Part shown: positions 52,230-64,000 of the stretch, in pieces
Position numbering within the stretch: the first letter of the stretch is position 1
Layout: each line of letters starts with the position of its first letter
Origin: Octopus vulgaris
Lineage: Eukaryota
Reading direction: 5' to 3'
Assembly: GCA_951406725.2 (NCBI GenBank)
Contig: OX597828.1
Coordinates: 21,576,001-21,640,000 of the forward strand
DNA length: 64,000 bases
Program-made: the position numbers and the translations under genes
The notes under the pieces: model-generated
Database searches by the model: none
Told to the model about the DNA's origin: nothing
The model's input: only the letters and a program-made list of their open reading frames with translations

Positions 52230-55226
52230 CAGCATGGATGAGCGTGATACACTTCCTAAAATCCGCAACTCTAACCAAAACATGAAAATAATTGGTAAAA
52301 TCCGGCTTGCACTTAAGGATATAATTTCAGTTAATGATGTTGATATCACAAACCTCAACCACCTATACTATGCATCCGCGAAAATCTCAACGATCCTATG
52401 TGGTGTAAAGATTAGAAAACGGCAACAGTCCCACAAAAAGCCTTCTTGGCAAGAGCGTCTGCAACAACAAATTAAAATATTTAGATCTGACATTGAATAT
52501 TTGAAAAACCTTAAGGCTCACAAGATTACCAAACCTACAAAAACCCAAAAATTACTGAAAAAATACAATATGAAAACTATACTTGATATTGATGCCACCA
52601 TAGAAACCATCAAACAAAAGGTATCTGCCAAAGCTGCCCGCATAGCGAGGTATGAAAAGCGTGTTAGATTTTTCAAGGACAACAACATGTTCAAAAATAA
52701 CACCAAGAATTTTTACAGGAAGATGGGAAAAACAGCGTTTACTGCAGGGTCTGTACCATCAAAAGAAGAAGTGCAGAGATTTTGGAATAAAATCTGGGCA
52801 GAAGAAAAAACACACAACGAAAAGGCCCCCTGGATTGACAGAATATCTACAGAACTGGACCCCTTAGAAGAGCAAAAGTGGGAGGGTGTCAAGGTAGAAG
52901 ATATAAGATCTGCTCTCAGGAGGTCAAGCAAATGGAAGTCTCCAGGAAAGGATAAAATTCCTAACTTCTGGCTGAATGCCTTCCCAGAGAGCCATGAACT
53001 GCTAACAGAACTGTACAATGATGTTTTGCAACACCCTAGTAGGATGCCTCCTTGGCTAGTTAATGGGTTAACATTCCTGCTTCCAAAAAGTGAAGAAACA
53101 AATGAACCAAAAAACTATAGACCCATAACTTGCTTAACAACTATGTACAAAACACTAACATCTGTCCTAACGGAATATACCTATAGTTTTTTAACAGACA
53201 GCAGCATATTCCCTAATGAACAGAAAGGATGTAAACGTGGATCCTACGGCTGTAAAGACCAACTACTCATCAATAAGATGATCTTAGAAGATTGTCACAA
53301 ACGACACAAAAACTTATCAATAGCCTGGATAGACTATAAAAAGGCTTTTGATAGCCTACCACATAGCTGGATTAGGAAATGCCTTGAAATGTATAAGATA
53401 GCACCAACTCTGCGAAACTTCTTGACTGTAAGTATGAGATCATGGAGAACCACACTAACTCTGAACAGTGACAGTGAATCCCTAAATGCTGGTGATGTAA
53501 AAATTTCGTGTGGCATTTTCCAGGGTGACTCACTGTCACCACTCCTCTTTTGTTTATCCTTAATACCTCTCTCAAAGCTGCTCAATGACGCGCAGTACTG
53601 GTATAAAATGTTTGATAAAAATATAAATCATCTCGTTTACATGGATGATTTAAAGCTTTTGCAAAAAATGATCAACAACTCAAGGGCTTACTAGCGATAG
53701 TCAAACAATTCAGTGACGACATCAGAATGCAATTCGGCCTCGATAAATGTGCAAAGGCTACCTTTATCAAAGGAAAAATGACAGAAACATCTAACGTTAA
53801 CCTTGACCAACAGAATGTCATAAAAGAACTAGACCCAGCGGAGAGCTACAAGTACCTAGGGATAATTGAAGGGAACGGAATAAGGCATTCAGAGATGAAG
53901 GAAAGGATCAGGAGAGAATGCTATCGAAGAGTGAGAGCAATACTCAAGACAGAGCTGAATGCAAGAAACAGGATCGAAGCAATCAATGCATTAGCTATAC
54001 CAGTCGTCACTTACAGTTTCAATATTGTTAACTGGTCAATTACTGAAATATGTCAGCTCGACAGAAAAATAAGGAAACTGTTGACAATGCATAGAATGCA
54101 CCACCCTAAGGCAGATACAGAACGACTCTATCTGCCAAGAAAAGAGGGAGGCCGTGGTCTTTTGCAACTGGCAATAACAATGAAGATTGCTACAATTGGC
54201 CTAGACACCTACCTGAAAAACTCTGAGGACTGGATGCTAAAACTTGTCTCAAAACATGAAAACAAGAAAGCATCATACTCAGTCACAAAACAGGCAAAGG
54301 AATATCTAAGTGAATTCCGAATACAACCAATTTCGGAATTAGAGATAGATATACAAGAAACAAGCACAGAAAAAGCTAGGCGCATGAAAACCCGTGCCAA
54401 AACTACGGCCTTAGATATTCTGAATAATAAATGGCAAGAAAAACCTCTCTATGGCAAATACCCAAAGAGAGCGAATAATGCAGATATCGACAAAGCCCTG
54501 ACCCATCAATGGCTAATGGCCTCTGGCTTAAAATCTGAAACAGAGGGGTTTATCATAGCAGCTCAAGATCAATGCCTACCAACAAGAAACTACCAGGCCA
54601 ACATATTAAAGATCAGAAGCAGTCCAACGTGTCGTGTATGCAAGCAACAAAATGAAACCATTGACCATGTGGTCTCCAAGTGCAGTCTTCTAGCGCCTAC
54701 AGAGTATCTCAACAGGCACGATAGAGCTGCACAATATATTCACTGGGTAATCTGTAAAAACCTGGATTTGCCCCATGAAAAAAACTGGTGGGAACACAAA
54801 CCACCCCCAGTGCTTGAAAATGACCACATCTCACTCCTCTGGAACTTCACCATTCAAACTGACAGGAAGATAGATGCAAATAGGCCAGACATCATATTGA
54901 AAAACTTCAAACAAAGAACATGCCTCCTCATTGATATGACTGTCCCAATCGATATAAACGTATCTGTCAAGACCTACCAAAAACTGAGCAAATATAAAGA
55001 TCTTGAAATAGAAATCAGCAAAATGTGGAAGCTGAAGACTAAAACAATACCTGTTGTCATAGGTGCCCTGGGAATGATAGCAAAAGGGGCTGATAGCTAC
55101 CTAACTCAGATACCAGGAAACCCAAAAATGGCAGAAGTTCAAAAGATAGTGCTCATGGGAACTGCTCATATCCTACGCAAAATACTCTCTATGTAATCTC
55201 AAGGTTTAAAACAAACATAATTTTCG

Positions 55227-55257
<31 letters not shown>

Positions 55258-55422
55258 CTTTTTTTTTTTTTTAGACATTCATTAGTACAACATCCCCACC
55301 CCCCAAATATATGGCACACTAGGCATAACAACAACATGAACTTCCAACCCTGTTGTCTCTTGAGGTCTCTGGGTGAGACTTGGAGCCAACTTGTACAAAT
55401 ATAAAGCAAAAGTCAAACATAG
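52229..55422 (+). mobile_element. 5'-truncated R4/Dong-clade RLE non-LTR retrotransposon inserted in (TAA)n
   Basis: RT followed by a CCHC knuckle and PD-(D/E)xK nuclease, then a ~225-nt 3' UTR. (TAA)n lies on both sides, the known Dong target. Confidence 0.9.
52234..55196 (+). pseudogene. Dong/R4 RT-RLE ORF split by a 1-nt deletion at the T-run 53657-53660 (track ORFs 52234-53694 and 53727-55196)
   Basis: Motifs SPGKDKI, YRPITCL, WIDYKKAFDS, GIFQGDSLSPLLF, YMDD. Adding one T restores YMDDLKLFAKNDQQLKGLLAIVKQFSDDIRMQFGLDKC. Downstream: CRVCKQQNETIDHVVSKC, RHD, RPDII, IDMTVP, KYKDL. Confidence 0.92.
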
Positions 55423-55450
55423 AATAATAATAATAATAATAGTAATAATA

Positions 55451-55868
55451 GAGGTAAGCGTCCCCACTGATAAAAATGTATCTGTAAAGGAATTTGACAA
55501 TCTTAGTAAATATAAGGACCTGGAAGTCGAAATACAAAAGATGTGGAATCTTAAAACAAAAACTGTTCCTGTTATTGTAGGTGCCCGAGGTATGATAAAA
55601 AAGGGATGTCAGAAACACCTAGACAATATCCCTGGAGAACCATGTCTCAAGGAAATCCAAAAGATTGTGCTAACAAGTACTGTCCACATCCTTAGAAAAA
55701 CCCTATCAATGTAAATGTTTGTGTTTGTATTACATGGAGATATTTCTCTACTTCCCCTCCCCAAGCTTTCAGCTATATTTCAACAACTCTTAACCTTCAC
55801 TTGCCCTAGGGCGCTGGGTGTGCCCCGGCAAGTGATTGCATCAAACATGCAGATTAAAAGTAAATGAC
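55451..55868 (+). mobile_element. Dong/R4 3' fragment (a further family)
   Basis: EVSVPTDKNVSVKEFDNLSKYKDLEVEIQKMWNLKTKTVPVIVGARG...HILRKTLSM* plus 3' UTR, between (TAA)n tracts. Confidence 0.88.
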
Positions 55869-55900
<32 letters not shown>

Positions 55901-57469
55901 TAATAATAGCAGTAATAATAAGAATAATAATAAAGTTTGGTACATCGTTAGAAATTTGGGTGGAGTGGGGACTAACCCATAAAGGTAATTCTTTTGTAGA
56001 CACAGTTCTGTTACCTAATTCCACAAATGTTTCATACGAGTTCTTGTTCTATGAATGCTAAAGAATAGCTTAAACCAGAAAATAGTACAGCTAATATTGA
56101 TTGGAAACATGGCTGTTTTCATTCTTTCTTGTAAAACGAAGTTGAAAAGCAAAACTTCAAAACGAGTTGCAGGAACAGGATCTAGAAGAAAAGCGTGCTG
56201 GATTTTAAAAGGCTGAAGCTGTATATATTTTACAATCGATGATGGAAAAAATTAACCCATATACCCAGCGGTATTTAAATTCAGAATCTTGAATGCCGTA
56301 CGTAACCAGAATAGCGCAAGTCATACAATCCGGCTGTCTTATGTTCAGGTCACGAGTCATATAATCCGGCTGTCGAATGTTTAGGCAATTACTCTGCCTG
56401 CCTACGTGGACAATAAATAATATTTGGAGAATAACTTTTAGCGAGCGGAAGCAATAACTTTAAACAGCGTAATGAAAAGTTCTACTTTTGTTATGAAAGC
56501 AGCTTTGGTAATGGTGGTGGTGGAGGCGGCGGCGGCGGCGGTGGTGGTGGCGGTGGTGTAGGTGGCGGTGTTGGTGCTGGTGGTCACAGTGGAAATGATG
56601 TTGATGATGATGGTATTGGTTATGTGGGTGTAGGCGGTACTGATTGTGATGGTGATGTTTAAGTTTGCTGCAGATATGATGGTGGTGGTGATGATGGTGA
56701 TGATTATAACGGTGCTGCTGAGGGTGGAATTGATACTGGTAGTTATGACAGTGACGCTGTTGTTGTTGCTTCTGCTGCTGCTGCTGCTGCTGCTGATAGT
56801 GATGATGACGATGATGATGGTGCTTGTGACAGCAGTGATGGTGGTGGGTCGGCGGTAATAACGATGTCAATGGTTATGATGATGGTGATGATGATGATAT
56901 TGATGTTAGTGGTGGGAAAGACGGTGGAAATGCTGATAGTGGTTGTGGTGGTGATGGCGGTCATGATAGAAGTGATCGCGATGGTGGCGATGATGATGAT
57001 GATGGAGAAAACGGCGGTAATAGGTGTGATGTTGATGGTGGTGATGGTGATGATGGTGGTGGTGGTGGTGGTGGTGATGACGGTGATGATGCTGAAGATA
57101 ATGATGATGGTGTTGGTGATGTTGATAGTAACACTGATGATTGTAGATATGGTGATCACAAGGAATGTTGTTGCATTTTATTGTTCCCGCCCAATTTTTT
57201 TTTTTTAAAGAAAAACGTCTCTTCTTCAGCGTTTATTATAATAAATATACCGCAAACATCAACAGTTGCCATTACAAGTATAACAACAACAACAACAACA
57301 ACAAATACTTATGAAGTAAAGAAGACATCATCCTCAGCAACTATAAAAGTAAGAGCCATAACAACAGCAACAATAACAACAAGAATACAACAGAGAAGAG
57401 TCAGGAAAGCCCCCCCCCCAGCCTATTATACAAGAAGAATAGAGAGCAAAAACGACATTGACATATATA

Positions 57470-57539
<70 letters not shown>

Positions 57540-57864
57540 TATATGTTTATATATATATATATGCATGTATATTTATATGTATATTTGTATATATATATGT
57601 AGGTGTATATATAATATATATGTATGTATATATATGTATTATGTATATATATATATGTATATATATATGTATTATGTATATATTTATATATATATATATG
57701 TGTGTGTCTATGTATCTATCTATCTCTATATCTACGTTCTACATATATTTCTGTTCCTCTCTCTGTCTCTCTTTGTCTCTCTCTCTCTCTCTCTCTGTAT
57801 ATATATATATACATACATAGAGACATAGAATCATACATACAAAAATACATGCACCCCACCCCTC

Positions 57865-57918
<54 letters not shown>

Positions 57919-58200
57919 ATATATATATATACATACATGGGAAGGGTAGAAAGTCACAAAAAAACGAAAGAAAAGATGCAAAGAAAAACACTATGAAACA
58001 ATAAATAGAAACACAGACAACGAACAAGTCACGAATGTAACATGATTTGGACTGTGGAACAGTTAAAAGAGAAAGTAGAAGGGAGAAGTAGATATAAGCA
58101 GTAAATAACAACAACAACAACAATGATAATAATAATAAGAACAACAGCAATGACAAAAATAATAACAACAATTGTCAATAACGGTAATAATAATAATAAT

Positions 58201-58258
<58 letters not shown>

Positions 58259-59070
58259 GTAATAGTAATAGTAAAAACTGTAATAATATCAATGATAATA
58301 GATAATAATAATAAATGATAATATTTGCGTATAATAAGGAGAGAGGAGAAGTGGAAAAGAAAAATATAATGATATAGAAAAACGTGAAGATTAGGGATAG
58401 AAAAATAGCTTAAGAAAAGGAAAAGAAATTAAAAAAAAAAATGCGTAAAGATCAAATTTCTGCAAAAGCCGCAGACATATCTATCTTAGGGAGAGATCTT
58501 CGAAGTAATTTTGGTGTTACTCATTGGAAAAGCGAAGATATTTTGGTGATAAAATACTTGTAACGTCACTCTATCACCGACTAGTTAGAATTTATTTCCA
58601 TTCTAGTCTCGTTTGGTTATTATTTCTTGTTCTTAGTAGAATTCTGTAGGTCGAATCGAAATCTTTGGTTTGGCATTGCTGTCGTTTATTTATTTGGTAT
58701 TGTTTTTTTTTTTTAGTTTGTTTGTTTGTTTTTCTTCTCGTTTGTTTTTCTTCTCTGAATGTAGGGTCTTGGGAGAAATAGAAATACCCATCGTCGAGTG
58801 TGTAGAAGGGGAAAAAGAGAAAAGAGAAGCGGAAGGAAGAAGTGGGGGAGGAAGAATTGGAGGAAAAGAAGAAGAAAACGAAGTGTAAGAAAAGGAAGTT
58901 GGAGGAGGGGGAGGGGGAGGAGCGAAGTAGAAGGAAGAGGGGAAAAAGAGACGAAGGAAATAATGCAGAAAAAGAGGATGATGATGATAGTGAGGAGGAG
59001 GAGGAGGAGGAGAAGAAGGAGGCGGAGGAAGAAAAGAATAAGAAAAGGAGGAAAGAAGAAGAAGTAGAAG

Positions 59071-59137
<67 letters not shown>

Positions 59138-59307
59138 GAAGAAGAAGATCAACAACGTTCGAGTCAGAAACAATAATATTAAACAATGAGACTAGACAAT
59201 AATAATGGTTAATAATGGTTAACAATACCAGTAATAATACTACTAATAATAACAAGAACAAAACAAAGAACAACAACGGTGAAGACTAACAGAAGTTCGA
59301 CAAAAAA

Positions 59308-59354
<47 letters not shown>

Positions 59355-59378
59355 ATAATAATAATAATAATAATAATG

Positions 59379-59412
<34 letters not shown>

Positions 59413-59444
59413 TAATAATAATAATAATAATGATGATGATGATG

Positions 59445-59524
<80 letters not shown>

Positions 59525-60043
59525 CCGCGGTTCTATTGTGGCAAGACGCAGGTAATGGTCAAATATTTGAGTTTGTTGTTCGTTGTCTGGTCAATTATAA
59601 TAGAAACAAACGAATAAAAGAAAGAAAAGGAAAGAATACACCAATGATACTAATGATAGTAATAAAAGAGACGAACGAAAACTAAATAAATTCTCATACG
59701 CAGCCACATATTCACACACACACACACACACACACGCACACACACACATGCACACACACGTATGCGCATACATAACATGGAAAACCAAAATCGTGCCACG
59801 AACCCTTAATAAAAAGCCAAATTATTGTTGGAACTCGGCGAGAATATATGAGGTAAAGACAGGCCGTTAATTAAGTGGACACAGAGGGCAGAAATTGACC
59901 AATAACCAATACACTGTCTAGATAATGGTCGAAGGAGCAAACTGTCCGCTTGTCTTGTCTCAAGAATCTGTGAATTTAGCTTTCAATGAATGTATTTCAT
60001 TGCAATGCCGTACCAGTTATCTCATTTCTAGTAAAGTTACGTG

Positions 60044-60345
<302 letters not shown>

Positions 60346-60709
60346 TAACCGTCTGAAAAAATTGATTACTCTTCTCTCTCCGCTATACATTCTGTAGGAG
60401 AGCCTGACCTCGATATTAACAGACTTTTCCTTTCATTCCTTTGAGAGTAAACTTAATGGTCTTCATATCATTTATGTTTTGCAATATATCTATCTTTCTA
60501 TCTATCTATCTATAAACACACACACACACACACACACCTATATATTCTTTTACTCTTTTACTTGTTTTAATCATTTGACTACTGTATTACTGCCTTTAAT
60601 CGAGTAAATCAACCCCAGGACTTATTCCTTGTTAGTTAGTACTTATTTGTGTGTGTCGTTATATATATATATATATACACTTTAGAGCTTATTTGCGTGT
60701 ATATATATT

Positions 60710-60980
60710 TATTACATACATATAAGAAGGATGACCACTAAATGGACGTACAATATGCTAGTAGTAGACGCCATATGGTCTGACCACTAAGTAATGATTG
60801 CTCCGAAGAAAATTCAGCAAATTTCGTATCTTTTCATTTGTCTTGCTCGCTTACGTTCTGGCGTTTGCTGAATTTTCTTGAGAACAGTTTTTTCTTAGTG
60901 GTCAGACCATAGGGGGTCTACTTCTAGCATATTAGGTCCCCACTTAGTGGTCACCCCTCTTATATATATATGTAATATAA
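60710..60980. repeat. Diverged inverted repeat (~110-bp arms)
   Basis: GACCACTAA...TATGCTAG...ATGGTCTGACCACTAAG...AAGAAAATTCAGCAAA is mirrored at 60864-60980. Confidence 0.85.
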
Positions 60981-61071
60981 TTTTTCTGAATCTTCAGATT
61001 TTTTCAATATGCTAGGCCACTGGATTAAATTGATATTGATCAAATTAATATTCTAATTTTTACCCTTATTA

Positions 61072-61368
61072 TCTTTATATATATAAGAGAAGTTGTGTGT
61101 CTGTCTCCTACGATTTAGATTCCTAACTACTCCCACATTTTGCGGTGCAGTTGAACCAAAAGCGGGTATCTTATAGTCGTGATTCATATCGAGCTCTTCT
61201 GGGTATTAGCGCGCGTCTACGATGAGTCTACGATTTAAAAAAATTACCATCATTTTTTCCCATTTTTAATGCATTTTTTTGCTATTATATAAGGGAAGTA
61301 ACTCTTATAAAAATGCTTATATAGTTATTTCCCTTACAAACCCGGGCAACGCCGGGCGATACTGCTAG
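61072..61368 (+). mobile_element. Short non-autonomous Helitron
   Basis: A|TCTTTATATA 5' end, GC hairpin CCCGG-GCAACG-CCGGG (61341-61356), CTAG|T 3' end. Confidence 0.82.
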
Positions 61369-61901
61369 TTATATATAATTGCTAAACAAGACGTCAAACG
61401 TTAAGGCAAGGAAACATCTCAAGTCATATACAATATTATTATTGGAATAAATTCATAATCTTACAGCTGTTTCTGGATATCCCCGAGTATCGGATATTCT
61501 GCAATCGGAGACAAATAGGGGGGGGATATTGGAAATGAGAATGGTATATATTAATAAGATTAATAAGAGGACAACATAGAGGTAAGAAGTAAAAGAAAAA
61601 GGAGACCAGCGAGAAAACTGCATATCCACAAGACCTCAAACCGACCCCGACGCTATAATTAGAAACCTTGTTTCAGGCTTTGGACGGATATGCAAGCCCT
61701 CAGCCAAAAGTGAGATCTTTAATAGAGGCGCCCCTCACTACAACAATGCTTTTCTTTCGTCTTTCCATCTCCTTATTCTTTTAATCCCTCCCACTATGTT
61801 GTCATTTTATTGACATATACCATTTTCGTTTTCAATATTTTCCCCCAGTTTGTCCCTTTGTATCTTCGGTCTCGTCCGAGAAACACAACAGGGTGTATAG
61901 C

Positions 61902-61967
<66 letters not shown>

Positions 61968-61989
61968 GGTAACAATAATAATAATGATA

Positions 61990-62047
<58 letters not shown>

Positions 62048-62244
62048 TTTCATTCTTTTATTTGTTTCAGTCATTTGACTGTGGCCATGCAGCAGCACTG
62101 CTATTAGTCAAAGAAATTGACCCCAGAACCTGTTCTTTGTAAGCCTAGTACTTGAACTGCTAAGTTACGAGGACGTAAACACACCAGCATCGGTTGTCAA
62201 GCGATGGTGGTGGGGACTAACACAGACACACACAGACACGCACA

Positions 62245-62295
<51 letters not shown>

Positions 62296-62480
62296 TTTGT
62301 CAGTGAAGAGATCGCAGTCTCATTTTGAGAAATTAAATTTATATGTTGAAGTGAATCTGACGTTTTTTGTGTGTTTCTTAAATGGCTTATAAACACCTTC
62401 CACAATTGTTTATACATACATACATGCATACATACATGCATACATACATACATACATACATACATACATACATACATACA

Positions 62481-62556
<76 letters not shown>

Positions 62557-62834
62557 TATATCAAATGTGAGGATAAAATTCTTTTCGAAAAAAGAAATAT
62601 TTTCTCGAAAAAAATTTTTATCAATGGCCAGCATATTAAAAAATACCTTTAACGGTTAAATTCCGAACTAACTAACTCACTCTGTGAGAGCCTCAGTTGA
62701 AATCGCACGTGCCTCGAATGGGCTGGAGTATTTCTATTTTGGATGTATTTGGGGTACTTAGTTGTGCCCATGACTTAGTATTTGCTTCTTCCATGGGTAT
62801 GAGTAAGTATCTCATTTATTTCTTTTGCCACATG

Positions 62835-62888
62835 TATCACTGATGAAGAGAGGGCTCTTAGTAGCTAACTCTGAAATCGGTCCGATAT
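62835..62888 (+). ncRNA. Slightly degenerate minimal hammerhead motif
   Basis: UAUCa-CUGAUGA-AGAG...CUCU-GAAA-UCGG-UC|cGAUA; one mismatch in stem I and one in the ACCGGU palindrome. Confidence 0.6.
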
Positions 62889-63033
62889 GGTAATAATGGA
62901 ATTTTTTAGAAATTTCTGTCAGCTTTCTTTCGGGTAGCGTGCGTATTGTGAACAAATTATATGGTTAATGGACAATTTGTCCAATTTTTCGGCATTTTGG
63001 CATTAGAATTTTTTTCCTTTGCCCACATTTATG

Positions 63034-63088
<55 letters not shown>

Positions 63089-63331
63089 CATATATCTATG
63101 TTCATATATACATACACACATGCTTACATATATTAGTATATATATATGTTATCCGTCATATGAGGAATATCTTTGAAAGCACATATTTGTCCCCATGAGT
63201 AATATCAACAAATATAGCATATTTACTATTATTACAATTTTGCTTTTATCAAAATTTTTGGTGAGTATGCAAAATGAAGAAATGAATACTAATTTCCAAA
63301 AGAAAAAATATATAATCCTTACTATAAAAGA

Positions 63332-63599
63332 TAGTGGAGGCGCGTGGCTTAGTGGTTAGGGTGTCAGCATCATGATCGTAAGATTGTGGTTTCGATTCCT
63401 AGACCGGGCGACTCGTTGTGCTCTTGAGCAAAACACTTAATCTCAGGTTGTTCCGGTCCACTCAACTGTCAAAAATGAGTAACGCTGCGATGGACTGGCG
63501 TTCCATCCAGCTGGGGAACACATATGTCATTGAAACCGGGAAACCGGGCCCATGAGTCTGACTAGGCTTTAAAAGGGCGCATTTGTTTTTATTAATTTG
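63332..63599 (+). mobile_element. tRNA-derived SINE with perfect 13-bp TSD
   Basis: TTACTATAAAAGA at 63319-63331 and 63600-63612; box A/B present. Confidence 0.88.
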
Positions 63600-64000
63600 T
63601 TACTATAAAAGACAATTAAATAAAAACATTGTTCCTTTCTATAATTCCTGCATGCCTACACTGTCATTTACACTCTTTCCTCCTCTTCCTTCTCCCTCTA
63701 GGGGAAGTATGTAAGTCAACCTGTACTACATATGTTAACTCTCTCTTTATCTCACTGTCAGTCTCTCTCGTTCTCTCCCTCACTACTTTCTTTATACAGT
63801 GTGACTGGATAAGTTAGTTAACCAACCGACCAGCCAACCAAAATTCATATCGGCTATTATTATATACAGGTAGAGGGCGGCGAGCTGGCACAATTATTAA
63901 CACGCCAGAAATTATTAACACATCAGAAATTCGGAGACCCCCTTCGGTCACGACACAGACCATGGGATTGCACCTAGAAAGTTACCCTCCAAGACACAAG

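Noticed and set aside
55230-55272. A-run/T-run hairpin resembling a terminator
   Set aside because: Homopolymer tracts inside the Dong 3' UTR; lengths unreliable and no functional evidence.

Overview
Repeat-dense, AT-rich eukaryotic DNA, most likely a cephalopod (octopus-type SINE families; inferred from recognition, not a database search). Almost all short ORFs in the track are translated microsatellites. There are two large non-LTR retrotransposons. The first is an apparently intact ~4.9-kb two-ORF APE-RT LINE (~35570-40452) whose ORF1 combines a Myb/SANT-trihelix-like domain with four tandem CCCH zinc fingers. The second is a 5'-truncated R4/Dong-type RT + restriction-like endonuclease element (52229-55422) with a single 1-nt frameshift, sitting in a chain of Dong 3' fragments separated by (TAA)n. 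Also present are an L1/Tx1-like 3' fragment in (TATC)n, two non-autonomous Helitrons, a foldback mariner relic, several tRNA-derived SINE families, Penelope-type minimal hammerhead motifs, several long palindromes, and possible decayed, tandemly duplicated + strand exons near 33.6-34.1 kb. No host gene could be identified with confidence.
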